From the NCBI GenBank assembly GCA_964385095.1, contig CAYLNN010000014.1, forward strand, positions 23,259 through 87,258: DNA of 64,000 nt, given 5' to 3'. The number at the start of each line of letters is the position of its first letter. Position 1 is the stretch's first letter. The DNA is from an uncultured Hymenobacter sp. (lineage in GTDB: Bacteria > Bacteroidota > Bacteroidia > Cytophagales > Hymenobacteraceae). A program made the translations under genes and the position numbers. The notes below the pieces were generated by a model. It was not told where the DNA came from. It ran no database searches and saw only the letters and a program-made list of their open reading frames with translations. This document shows, one piece after another, positions 8,832-18,103 of this stretch.

Positions 8832-9809
8832 TCAATTCCTCATTTTTTTATCGACCTCCTTCGGCAGCACCGCTAGCCGGCCGGTTACGGCGTCGATGCT
8901 CACGTTGACCTCGAAACCGATGATGAGCGTCATGCACACAAACTCCAGCCACACCATGAAGCCGACCAGCGCCCCAATGGAGCCGTAGAAGGTATTATAG
9001 GAGTTGAATATGCGCACGTAGAGCGTGAACAGAAACGACACCAGAAAGATAAGTAGCGTGGCCACGATGGCGCCGTAGGAGATGAACGGCCACTTGTCGT
9101 GCACCGGTGGCACAAAGTAATAAATGACGCAAGTGGTAGTGAGAAACAGCCCAATGAGCGAGCCGTAGCGCAGAGCCAGAATCATGAATTCGGAGGAGCT
9201 CTCGGGCACAATTTCGTAGAACACCAGCCCGTCGATGATGAAGGTGCCGAAGAAAATACCCGCGATGGCCACTACCAGAATGAGGGCTAGTGCGAAGGTA
9301 AGGCCAGTGGCTATCACGCGCTTGTGCAGGTAGCCACGGTGCTTAAACCAGGGATATTTTTTCTCAAAGGCATCGAGCAGGGCCATGATACCATTGCTGG
9401 AGAGCACCAAGGCCGTCACAAAGCCGAACGAGAGCAGGCCACCGTGCGGAATCCGCACGATGTCCTCAATGGTGCCCGCCGTGGCCGAGTACAGCTCGTG
9501 AGGCATAATGTCGGCCAGAAACTGCAGAATATCCACATCCAGGTTAGGCACCGGAATGTACGGGATAAGCGTGAACAGGAAAATGATGGTCGGAAACAGG
9601 GCCAGCGTGAGGTTGAAGGCCATGTAGGCGGCGCGCTTTTCGAGCGAGTCGAGGCGCAGCTCGTGCAATACCCGCTCGCCCACGTCGTACACCGAAATGC
9701 GGCCGCCGCGCATCCGCTGGCGCTTGCCCCACGCGAGTAGCGTGCGGTAGGCGCGATGGCGGCGCACATCGGGCAGCATGGCGCGGCGGCGAGCGGGGGG
9801 AGCGTGCAT
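8832..9809 (-). CDS. YihY/virulence factor BrkB family membrane protein
   Basis: AAYMAF..LALFP, YNTFYGSIGA..FMVW..IIGFEVN. Confidence 0.9.
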   Translation of the reverse strand: MHAPPARRRAMLPDVRRHRAYRTLLAWGKRQRMRGGRISVYDVGERVLHELRLDSLEKRAAYMAFNLTLALFPTIIFLFTLIPYIPVPNLDVDILQFLADIMPHELYSATAGTIEDIVRIPHGGLLSFGFVTALVLSSNGIMALLDAFEKKYPWFKHRGYLHKRVIATGLTFALALILVVAIAGIFFGTFIIDGLVFYEIVPESSSEFMILALRYGSLIGLFLTTTCVIYYFVPPVHDKWPFISYGAIVATLLIFLVSFLFTLYVRIFNSYNTFYGSIGALVGFMVWLEFVCMTLIIGFEVNVSIDAVTGRLAVLPKEVDKKMRN

Positions 9810-9822
9810 AGTTACTGCTGTA

Positions 9823-9910
9823 AAAGTGTGTTGAATGTAGAAATGTGTAAAATGAATAGAAAATTCTAGCGGACTTGCTCTTTTTCACATTTCCACATTC
9901 AACACACTTT
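9823..9910. repeat. Inverted arms of AATGTG-type tandem units
   Basis: AAAGTGTGTTGAATGTAGAAATGTGTAAAA versus reverse complement AAAGTGTGTTGAATGTGGAAATGTGAAAAA. Confidence 0.85.
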
Positions 9911-9922
9911 CACCTTAAACCC

Positions 9923-10411
9923 TCATTTACCGAAAGCGGCCGGGGCTGGGGCATCACCGGGCGTGGCGCGGCCGGGGCCTAGCGGACTATCGCCCTCCCC
10001 TTCGGTGAAATACGGGGCTAGCTTTTCGCGCACGCTATCGGGAATGGGGACGGGGCGGCCGTTCGACGTGCTCACGAAAACCATCAGGGTGTAGCCTTCG
10101 GTGAGCAGCTCGCTAGCTTCGTTGCGAATTTCGTATTCGAATTTCACCCGCGAACCTTCGGCTAATTCGCGCAGCATTACCCTGATGGTCAGCAGGTCAT
10201 CGTAGCGGGCGGGGCGGCGAAAGCGGGTGTGCAGCTCACCCACCGGCATACCCACCCCCTGCGCTTCCAGGTCTTTATACCGAATGCCCAGCTCCCGAAA
10301 CGACTCGGTGCGGGCCACCTCGAAGTACGCCGCGTAGTTGCCGTGGTAGACGTAGCCCATTTGGTCGGTTTCGGCGTAGCGCACGCGGATTTGGATGTCG
10401 GACTGGTACAT
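9923..10411 (-). CDS. Acyl-CoA thioesterase (YbgC/FadM hot-dog family)
   Basis: RVRYAETDQMGYVYHGNY..YFEVAR. Confidence 0.92.
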   Translation of the reverse strand: MYQSDIQIRVRYAETDQMGYVYHGNYAAYFEVARTESFRELGIRYKDLEAQGVGMPVGELHTRFRRPARYDDLLTIRVMLRELAEGSRVKFEYEIRNEASELLTEGYTLMVFVSTSNGRPVPIPDSVREKLAPYFTEGEGDSPLGPGRATPGDAPAPAAFGK

Positions 10412-10414
10412 GGT

Positions 10415-10738
10415 TTAGTCAGTTTCCTCAGCTAGGCCGTAAAGCTCAACCAGATTTAGCAGGTGGTAGCCGTGAATTTTCACTTGTTTCACGTCAATAA
10501 CAATAACAAAAAATACGTTTTTATCTTCCGTGGCAATCAAAACGTGCTCATAGCGCCCATTTGGGTTCAGGTAAACGTACGCTACATCGGCAAGCTCAAA
10601 CCCCTCTGTATCAGCCTGCGGAATGGCATCGACGTAGGGCCAGATATCCAGTATTTGCTCAGCCGTCGTCGTAACGTCTTGCATAGGAGCCTGAAACGTA
10701 TCGTTGAACGCTTCGGCAGATAGCCGGTGGGTATCCAT
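10415..10738 (-). CDS. Hypothetical acidic protein, visibly lower GC
   Basis: 107-aa ORF filling the gap between mltG and the thioesterase, same strand. Confidence 0.7.
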   Translation of the reverse strand: MDTHRLSAEAFNDTFQAPMQDVTTTAEQILDIWPYVDAIPQADTEGFELADVAYVYLNPNGRYEHVLIATEDKNVFFVIVIDVKQVKIHGYHLLNLVELYGLAEETD

Positions 10739-10751
10739 AGCCTAGCCAGCG

Positions 10752-11855
10752 CTACCGAATCCCCGCCCGCGTAAGCGCCGCCTGGTAGCGGCGGGCATTG
10801 GCCAGGTGCTGCTGCTCGTTGGTGGCAAAGGCGTGGTAGCCGCTGAAATCCTCCTTGGCACAGAAGTAGAGGTAATCGTTGTCTTCGGGGTGCAGCACGG
10901 CGTCGAGGCTGGCGATGCTGGGCAGGTTGATGGGGCCGGGCGGCAGGCCACCGTACATATAGGTGTTGTAGGGCGAATCTTTGCGCAGGTGCACGTTGAG
11001 CACGCGCTTGATACCGAAGTCGTGGTTGGCGTATACCACGGTGGGGTCGGCCTGCAGCTTCATGCCGCGCTTGAGGCGATTGAGGTACACGCCCGCAATG
11101 CGGGGGCGCTCGTCGGCGTGCTGCTGCTGCTCGGCTTCCACGATGCTGGCTAGGGTGCTCACCTGCACCCTAGTGAGCCCCAGCTTCTGGCGGGCTTCGT
11201 CGCGGGCAGGCTTCCAGAATTTCTCGTATTCCGTTTTCATGCGCTGCATGAGGTTTTGAGCCGAGGTATTCCAGTACAGTTCGTAGGTGTTGGGGATGAA
11301 CATCGAGAGCACCGTGGTGGTGTCGAAGCCCAGGCTTTTGGTGTAGCTGGGGCTGCTGAGCAGCGAGTCAATCTGGCGGGGCTTGGCATCGATTTGCTTG
11401 CTGAGCTTGGTGGCGAGCTCCCGGCGCAGACGCACGTTGGTGAACGTGAGCTTGAGCGGCGTTTGGCGGCCCGACTTCAGCAGGTTGATTACCTGGCGGT
11501 TGGTCATGCCAGTCCGCAGCTCGTAGCGGCCGGGTTTCACGGCGCCGGGCTTGTTGTAGCCCATCAGCTTGCCCACGAAGTGCAGCGACAGCGGGTCGAT
11601 AACCACTTTTTCGCCCTCGGCCCGCACGGCCTCCACGGCCACTAGGGCCTTCTGCCAATTGTCACCCTTGTGGATGTAGGCGTACGCGGGCTTGTCGCGG
11701 GTGTCAATATTGGTGGTGTAAAAAATCTGGAAGAAATAGTACGAGAAGCACACCAGAATAAGGCCCGTAATCACGCTTACGGTGGCAAAGCGGTTGCGGC
11801 GCTTGATGGAATCGGCCCGGTACTCGACAGCGGACTTTTTGACAGGTTCAGACAT
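10752..11855 (-). CDS. mltG: Endolytic transglycosylase MltG
   Basis: N-terminal TM, LASIVEAE, IAGVYLNRL..MKLQADPT, SPYNTY..GLPPGPI, YLYF; ATG at 11855. Confidence 0.95.
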   Translation of the reverse strand: MSEPVKKSAVEYRADSIKRRNRFATVSVITGLILVCFSYYFFQIFYTTNIDTRDKPAYAYIHKGDNWQKALVAVEAVRAEGEKVVIDPLSLHFVGKLMGYNKPGAVKPGRYELRTGMTNRQVINLLKSGRQTPLKLTFTNVRLRRELATKLSKQIDAKPRQIDSLLSSPSYTKSLGFDTTTVLSMFIPNTYELYWNTSAQNLMQRMKTEYEKFWKPARDEARQKLGLTRVQVSTLASIVEAEQQQHADERPRIAGVYLNRLKRGMKLQADPTVVYANHDFGIKRVLNVHLRKDSPYNTYMYGGLPPGPINLPSIASLDAVLHPEDNDYLYFCAKEDFSGYHAFATNEQQHLANARRYQAALTRAGIR

Positions 11856-12056
11856 GGAGCAGGGAATAAGAGCTTCAAAATTAACTCCGCCCCGCCCTAC
11901 CGACGTCGCTACTTTAAACAACTGGCGGCAGTTTTGCTTATAACCCCCAATTAGACGCGGGTGGGCTAGGCAAAAGCGCCCGCCGTAGTACCTTTCGCGC
12001 CATTTACGGGCCGCCCCGGCTGGCCCCCTCCGTTTCATTAGCTGTTTTTCTGCCCT

Positions 12057-12689
12057 ATGGCCGCCACCCTGCTCCGCATCCATCCCGATAACCCGCCCCA
12101 AAACCGCATTCTGCAAGTAGTGGAAGTGCTGCGCAAAGGCGGACTTATTATTTACCCCACCGATACGGTTTATGGCATTGGCTGCGACATCAACAACGCG
12201 AAAGCTGTTGAAAAGCTCTGCCGTATCAAAGGCCTGAAGCCTGAGAAAGCCAACCTTAGCTTTATCTGCCACGATTTATCGCACATCAGCGACTACGCGC
12301 ACGGCATCACCACGCCGGTGTTTAAGGTAATTAAAAAAGCCCTGCCTGGCCCGTTTACGTTCATCTTTGAGGCTAGCCCCAACGCCCCGCGCTACGGCGG
12401 CGTGAAGCGCAGCACGGTGGGCATCCGGGTGCCCGACAACCAGATTGTGCGTCAGATTGTCAAAGAATTCGGCACGCCCATCGTGAGCACGTCGGTACGC
12501 GAAAGCGAGGAAACCCTGGAGGAATACGTGACTGACCCCGACCTGATTTTTGAAAAATACCGCTCGCTCGTAGACCTCGTTATTGACGGTGGCTTCGGTG
12601 GCAACGTGCCCAGCACCATCATCGACTGCACCAAGGACGACTTCGACCTCGTGCGCGAAGGCTTGGGCGACATCGAGCAGTTTCTGTAG
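12057..12689 (+). CDS. Sua5/YciO/YrdC family protein (threonylcarbamoyl-AMP synthase-like)
   Basis: IIYPTDTVYGIGC, LPGPFTFI, TVGIRVP, PSTIID. Confidence 0.9.
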   Translation: MAATLLRIHPDNPPQNRILQVVEVLRKGGLIIYPTDTVYGIGCDINNAKAVEKLCRIKGLKPEKANLSFICHDLSHISDYAHGITTPVFKVIKKALPGPFTFIFEASPNAPRYGGVKRSTVGIRVPDNQIVRQIVKEFGTPIVSTSVRESEETLEEYVTDPDLIFEKYRSLVDLVIDGGFGGNVPSTIIDCTKDDFDLVREGLGDIEQFL

Positions 12690-12718
12690 GGCTAGCGCCT
12701 GGTATCCGCTACGCATAC

Positions 12719-12757
12719 AAAAAAAGGCCGTCCTGCGAAATGCAGGGCGGCCTTTTT
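12719..12757. terminator. Bidirectional intrinsic terminator
   Basis: A-tract GGCCGTCCTGC-GAAAT-GCAGGGCGGCC T-tract. Confidence 0.8.
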
Positions 12758-13676
12758 AGTCGGTAACTGGCCGCTTGTGCTTCCAGCGGCGGTGCGTCCA
12801 GAGGTATTGCTCGGGCGTAGCCCGAATGTCGGCTTCCAACTGCCGAATAAACGCCTCCGTGGCCGGAAAGCGCTGAGTCTCATCGGTCGAGTTGGCGCCG
12901 GCTGCCACGGCCCGGCCATCGGGTAGCTCGGTGAATTTTACCTCGTAGTAGCCGCGTCGCACGCGCCGGATGCCCACGTAGAGCACCGCGCAGTCGAGCT
13001 GCTGGGCCAGCCGGTCGGCGCTGGTGTAGAAGCCGGCGGCCTGGTGCAAGAAGCTGGTCCAGTAGGGGCGGTCGTCGGGGCCGGCGGCCTGGTCGGTGAG
13101 CAGGCTGAGCGTGCGGCCCTCGCCGCGGTGCTGCACCAGGTAGCGCAGGGTGCCGAGCATGGGCACGGCATCGGCCCCTAGCCGGGTGCGCAGCCGCCGC
13201 ATAAAATACTCGAAGAATCTATTGGTGAGTGGTTTATACACCCCCGCCGCCCGGCTCGGAAACTCCAGCGCGGCGCCCGAGAGTATCCACTCCCAGTTGC
13301 CCCGGTGCGACCCTAGCGAGAGCACCGTGCGGTTTTCGGCGAAATGCCGCGTCATCAATTCCGGGTTGACGAAGCGCAGCCGGCGCTGCAACTCCTGCGG
13401 CGAGATGGCCGCCAGCTTAAGAATCTCCACCACTACCTGCGCAAAATGCCAGTAAAACTGGTACCCAATACGCTCGACTTCGGCCGCGCTTTTTTCGGGA
13501 AAAGAATTCCGCAGATTTTCCTGCACCACGCCCCAGCGATAGCGCACCACGTAGCGCAGCAGCAGATAAATAAAGCCCGCTAGCCCATGTAGCACGGCCA
13601 GTGGCAAGTGCGCCAGCGCCAGCAGCGGCCAGGCGAGCGGGCGGTAGTACCACGGCACGGCCAAACGAATGCTCAT
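12756..13676 (-). CDS. Lipid A late acyltransferase (HtrB/MsbB-like lysophospholipid acyltransferase)
   Basis: ENLRNSFPEKS, HRGNWEW, LLTDQ, PEQYLWTHRRWK. Confidence 0.9.
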   Translation of the reverse strand: MSIRLAVPWYYRPLAWPLLALAHLPLAVLHGLAGFIYLLLRYVVRYRWGVVQENLRNSFPEKSAAEVERIGYQFYWHFAQVVVEILKLAAISPQELQRRLRFVNPELMTRHFAENRTVLSLGSHRGNWEWILSGAALEFPSRAAGVYKPLTNRFFEYFMRRLRTRLGADAVPMLGTLRYLVQHRGEGRTLSLLTDQAAGPDDRPYWTSFLHQAAGFYTSADRLAQQLDCAVLYVGIRRVRRGYYEVKFTELPDGRAVAAGANSTDETQRFPATEAFIRQLEADIRATPEQYLWTHRRWKHKRPVTD

Positions 13677-14548
13677 CGGGGCACGCCGGCCCCGGCGGGG
13701 GCGTATTCGGTGAGGCTGCGCTCGCCCGTCTGGCGCTGGGTGGCCAGCACTTTCTTGGTGGCTGCGTCGCGGGCTTCGATGGTGAGCGTGAAGGGGCCGG
13801 CCAGAATGGGGCCGAGCGGCAGCTGGCCTACTACGGCCGTGGGCCGGCCGCCCTGCGTGGTTACCAGCGGCGCGTCGGCATCGGCGGCGGTGCCGTCTTC
13901 GGCAGCCAGGTGGTAGTGCAGGCTTATTTTACGGCCCTCAGGCACAGCGTTCAACTCGGTGTAGAAGAACACGTTGTCGGTGCCGCGGCCGTAGTAGCCG
14001 CCGCCCGCCCGCGTGAGCAGGTAGCCGCCGCGGTTGAAGACGCTTTCACCGCTGGCCTTGGCGGCGGGCCTAGCCAGAAACACAAGGTCGCTGAAGGCGG
14101 GCGCGGTGGGCGCGGCCACTACTAGCTGCTGCTCCACGGTGGTTTCACCGTTGGCGCTCCTGTACTGGTCGCGGATGCGGCCGCGCAGTGTGTAAGTGCC
14201 ATCGGGCACAGTCACGCGCTTGAGAAAGCTCAGCGGGTTTTTGATGGCAATGGTGGTGTCGCTGAGCACGGGTGGCTTCAGCGTCACCGTTTCGTGCCAG
14301 GCCGACGTACCATCGGCTTTTAGCAAATCCAAATCGACCACCGCCGACGACTGAAACGACTTGGGCGCTCGCTGCCGGTAGGTGAGCGGCTGGGTGGGCA
14401 CCACCACGGAAATTTCCACTTCGCCGCCCTTCTGCACTTGGTCGAGGTTGCGAAATTTCGCTACTTGCAAAATGAGCTGCGGCGGGCCGGCCTGAGCACT
14501 GAGCGTAGCCGCCAGGGCCAGCGAGAGGGAGATGGGAAGGACGCGCAT
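13673..14548 (-). CDS. Secreted beta-rich hypothetical protein
   Basis: ATG at 14548 with signal peptide; 4-bp overlap with the acyltransferase start. Confidence 0.75.
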   Translation of the reverse strand: MRVLPISLSLALAATLSAQAGPPQLILQVAKFRNLDQVQKGGEVEISVVVPTQPLTYRQRAPKSFQSSAVVDLDLLKADGTSAWHETVTLKPPVLSDTTIAIKNPLSFLKRVTVPDGTYTLRGRIRDQYRSANGETTVEQQLVVAAPTAPAFSDLVFLARPAAKASGESVFNRGGYLLTRAGGGYYGRGTDNVFFYTELNAVPEGRKISLHYHLAAEDGTAADADAPLVTTQGGRPTAVVGQLPLGPILAGPFTLTIEARDAATKKVLATQRQTGERSLTEYAPAGAGVPR

Positions 14549-14614
14549 AAAGACAAAAATAAGCGGTAGGCTAGCGCCAAGGCCATTACCGTGCCGGGCG
14601 GCTACCTTGCGGCC

Positions 14615-15241
14615 ATGTCCGTTGTCTTGTCCGAGCTGCATTACCTGCCCTCAATTCCCTATTTCCAGCAATTACTAACTGCCGACCAGCTGCTGCTCGA
14701 CGCCCACGAGCACTACCACAAGCAGACGTATCGCAACCGCGCCCTTATCCTCACAGCGCAGGGGCCGCAGCCCCTCACGGTGCCAGTAGTAGATGGTGCG
14801 CGCTCCGAAAAAATTCGCACCAGTGAGATTGAAATCGACTACCGCCAGAATTGGATGCACCGCCATTTTCGCACGCTGCAAACTGCCTACGGCGCCTCGC
14901 CGTACTTTGGATACTACGCTGATTACTTGCAGGATATTTACGCCCAGAAACCAGCGCGGCTTTGGGAATTGAATTCCGCTTTTTTGCAGTTATTACTACG
15001 GTGCCTGCGCTGGCCGCTGGCCCTTGAACGCACGAGCGAGTATATAGAGCCAGCTAGCCTAGCCTCTACCCTACTCGACCGGCGCGACTTCCTGACACCC
15101 AAAAGCACCCTAGCGGAGGCCGAGCCTGACAGTCCGTCGCAACGACCCTACCCGCAGGTATTTGGTACCGCATTTGTACCGGGTTTAAGCGTGCTGGATT
15201 TGTTGTTTATGCAAGGGCCAGCCGCCGGACAGTTTTTGTAG
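14615..15241 (+). CDS. WbqC family protein
   Basis: YLPSIPYF, KQTYRNR, LTVPV, AYGASPYF, YPQVF..FVPGLSVLDLLF. Confidence 0.9.
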   Translation: MSVVLSELHYLPSIPYFQQLLTADQLLLDAHEHYHKQTYRNRALILTAQGPQPLTVPVVDGARSEKIRTSEIEIDYRQNWMHRHFRTLQTAYGASPYFGYYADYLQDIYAQKPARLWELNSAFLQLLLRCLRWPLALERTSEYIEPASLASTLLDRRDFLTPKSTLAEAEPDSPSQRPYPQVFGTAFVPGLSVLDLLFMQGPAAGQFL

Positions 15242-15395
15242 GACGAGCGCTTAGCCAATTTCAATTTGTCCGAACCTTCGTTCGCAGGCGCTTGTTTTTC
15301 TTATAATCCGCTTTACTTTACGTATTGGTGTAGCGCAACTATTCGGGCCGTTTTCGGTACAGCTACTATCTGCGTCTTTATTTTATCTTGCTTGC

Positions 15396-18023
15396 ATGGA
15401 AGCTAAATTTTCAAACCGCGTCAAGGAGGTTATTTCCTTGAGCCGGGAGGAGGCCATCCGGCTGGGCCACGACTATATCGGTACCGAGCACTTGCTGCTG
15501 GGGATGATTCGTGAGGGCGAGGGTACGGCACTGGGCCTACTCAAAAAGCTCGGCGTGGCTACTGATGAGCTGAAGTTTGCCCTCGAGCAAGCCACGCGCA
15601 ACACGGCCTCCACTCAGGGCACCAGCATTACTGGCTCGATTCCGCTAACTAAGCAGACCGAGAAGGTGCTGAAAATCACGTACCTCGAAGCCAAGATTTT
15701 CAAATCGGAAATCATCGGCACCGAGCACTTGCTCCTCTCCATTTTGCGGGATGAGGACAACATTTCTTCTCAAATTCTTTCCAAATTCAACGTGAACTAC
15801 GAAACCGTGCGCGACTCGCTCGACTACCACGGCGCCGCTCCGAACACTAGCCCCAAAGCTGGTCCGGAGGCTGACGACGATGATGACCGCCTCTTTGGCC
15901 AAGGCCAAGGCGGTGCTGGCCGCGGCCAGGGTGCCCAAGGTGGTGCTGCTGGCGCTGGTGCTAAGCGGGCCGGCGAGAAATCGCGCACTCCGGTGCTCGA
16001 TAACTTCGGCCGCGACCTTACCAAGCTAGCCGAAGAAGACAAGCTCGACCCCATTGTGGGCCGTGAAAAAGAGATTGAGCGCGTGGCCCAGGTACTGAGC
16101 CGCCGCAAAAAGAACAACCCGATTCTCATCGGTGAGCCGGGCGTTGGTAAAACGGCTATTGCTGAAGGCCTAGCCCTGCGTATCATCCAGAAGAAGGTAA
16201 GCCGCGTGCTGTTCAACAAGCGCGTAGTGACCCTCGACCTGGCGTCGCTGGTGGCTGGCACCAAGTACCGGGGCCAGTTTGAAGAGCGCATGAAGGCCGT
16301 GATGAACGAGCTGGAAAAGTCGCCCGACGTGATTCTGTTCATTGACGAGCTGCACACGATTGTGGGCGCTGGCGGGGCTAGTGGCTCGCTGGATGCCAGC
16401 AACATGTTCAAGCCGGCTTTGGCTCGCGGCGAGATTCAATGCATCGGCGCCACCACGCTGGACGAGTATCGCCAGTACATTGAGAAAGATGGCGCGCTAG
16501 CCCGTCGTTTCCAGATGGTAATGGTGGACCCCACCACGCCCGAGGAAACCATCGAGATTCTGCACAACATCAAGGACAAGTATCAGGACCACCACCACGT
16601 GGTGTACACCGATAAGGCCATTGAGCAGTGCGTGAAGCTGAGCGACCGCTACATGAGCGACCGCTTCCTGCCGGACAAAGCCATCGACATTTTGGACGAG
16701 GCCGGTGCCCGCGTGCACATCAACAACATCGTGGTGCCGGAGGATATTCTCAAGCTCGAAGAGCAGATTGAGAATATCAAGACGGAGAAAAACCGTGTGG
16801 TGAAATCACAGAAGTACGAGGAAGCTGCTAAGCTCCGCGATACTGAGAAAAAGCTTTTGGAGCAGCTCGAAACGGCCAAAAAGTCGTGGGAAGATGAGAC
16901 CAAGAAAAAGCGCTACACGGTGAAAGAGGAAAACGTGGCTGAGGTAATCGCCATGATGACCGGCATTCCTGTGAACCGCGTGGCCCAGAACGAAAGCCAG
17001 AAGTTACTCAACATGGGTGAGGAGCTGCAAGGCAAAGTAATCGGCCAGGAAAAAGCCATCAAGCAGTTGGTGAAAGCTATCCAGCGTACCCGCGTAGGCT
17101 TGAAAGACCCGAAGAAACCAATTGGCTCGTTCGTGTTTCTCGGTCCAACGGGGGTAGGTAAGACGGAGCTTGCCAAAGTACTGGCTACCTACCTCTTCGA
17201 CAAGGATGATTCGCTGGTGCGCGTCGATATGTCGGAGTATATGGAGAAGTTTAGCGTATCGCGCCTGGTTGGCGCGCCTCCCGGCTACGTGGGTTACGAA
17301 GAGGGCGGCCAGCTGACGGAGAAAATCCGCCGCAAGCCGTACTCGGTTATCCTGCTCGACGAGATTGAGAAGGCGCACCCGGACGTATACAACCTGCTGT
17401 TGCAAGTGCTGGACGACGGTATCCTGACCGACGGCCTGGGCCGTAAGGTGGACTTCCGGAACACCATCATCATCATGACCTCGAACATCGGGGCACGTGA
17501 CTTGGCCGACTTCGGCGCTGGCATCGGCTTCGGCACGAAGGCCCGCAACGAGAACATGGACGAGATTACGAAGGGCACGATTACCAACGCCCTGAAGAAA
17601 ACGTTCTCGCCCGAATTCCTCAACCGTTTGGACGATGTGGTGGTCTTCAACTCGCTGGAGAAAAAGGATATTCATAAGATTATCGATATCAGCCTCAGCA
17701 AGCTGCTCGGCCGTATTCTCACGCTGGGCTACCGCGTGGAGCTGACCGAGAAAGCCAAGGATTTTGTGGCTGACAAAGGCTACGACCCCAAGTACGGCGC
17801 ACGTCCGCTGAACCGGGCCATTCAGAAGTACATCGAAGACCCGATTGCCGAGGAAATCCTGAAAGCCCAGTTGTTGCACGGCGACATCATCACCGCCGAC
17901 TACGAGGACGGCAAGGATGAGCTGTTCTTCACCATCGCCAAGAGCGACGAAGCACCTAACCTGGCCAGCGACGAGCGGCCGGCGGAGAAGCCTTCGGAGC
18001 CTGAGAACGGCGAAACGAAGTAA
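15396..18023 (+). CDS. clpC: ATP-dependent Clp protease ATP-binding subunit ClpC
   Basis: Clp N-repeats (IGTEHLLL twice), two Walker A motifs GEPGVGKT and GPTGVGKT, UVR-like coiled coil, YGARPL. Confidence 0.95.
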   Translation: MEAKFSNRVKEVISLSREEAIRLGHDYIGTEHLLLGMIREGEGTALGLLKKLGVATDELKFALEQATRNTASTQGTSITGSIPLTKQTEKVLKITYLEAKIFKSEIIGTEHLLLSILRDEDNISSQILSKFNVNYETVRDSLDYHGAAPNTSPKAGPEADDDDDRLFGQGQGGAGRGQGAQGGAAGAGAKRAGEKSRTPVLDNFGRDLTKLAEEDKLDPIVGREKEIERVAQVLSRRKKNNPILIGEPGVGKTAIAEGLALRIIQKKVSRVLFNKRVVTLDLASLVAGTKYRGQFEERMKAVMNELEKSPDVILFIDELHTIVGAGGASGSLDASNMFKPALARGEIQCIGATTLDEYRQYIEKDGALARRFQMVMVDPTTPEETIEILHNIKDKYQDHHHVVYTDKAIEQCVKLSDRYMSDRFLPDKAIDILDEAGARVHINNIVVPEDILKLEEQIENIKTEKNRVVKSQKYEEAAKLRDTEKKLLEQLETAKKSWEDETKKKRYTVKEENVAEVIAMMTGIPVNRVAQNESQKLLNMGEELQGKVIGQEKAIKQLVKAIQRTRVGLKDPKKPIGSFVFLGPTGVGKTELAKVLATYLFDKDDSLVRVDMSEYMEKFSVSRLVGAPPGYVGYEEGGQLTEKIRRKPYSVILLDEIEKAHPDVYNLLLQVLDDGILTDGLGRKVDFRNTIIIMTSNIGARDLADFGAGIGFGTKARNENMDEITKGTITNALKKTFSPEFLNRLDDVVVFNSLEKKDIHKIIDISLSKLLGRILTLGYRVELTEKAKDFVADKGYDPKYGARPLNRAIQKYIEDPIAEEILKAQLLHGDIITADYEDGKDELFFTIAKSDEAPNLASDERPAEKPSEPENGETK

Positions 18024-18038
18024 TAAGTAGCAGATTAG

Positions 18039-18074
18039 AAAAGGCCGGTTCCGCAGTGCGGAACCGGCCTTTTT
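18039..18074. terminator. Bidirectional intrinsic terminator
   Basis: AAAAGGCCGGTTCCGCA-G-TGCGGAACCGGCCTTTTT. Confidence 0.85.
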
Positions 18075-18103
18075 GCGTTGTCGGCTGGCTCGCCAATGCC
18101 CGG

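Noticed and set aside
11856..12272. 139-aa N-terminal extension of mltG
   Set aside because: It overlaps the divergent sua5/yciO gene and promoter region; ATG 11855 precedes the TM anchor.
15242..15395. Heat-shock operator (CtsR/CIRCE) upstream of clpC
   Set aside because: AT-rich, but no matching repeat found.
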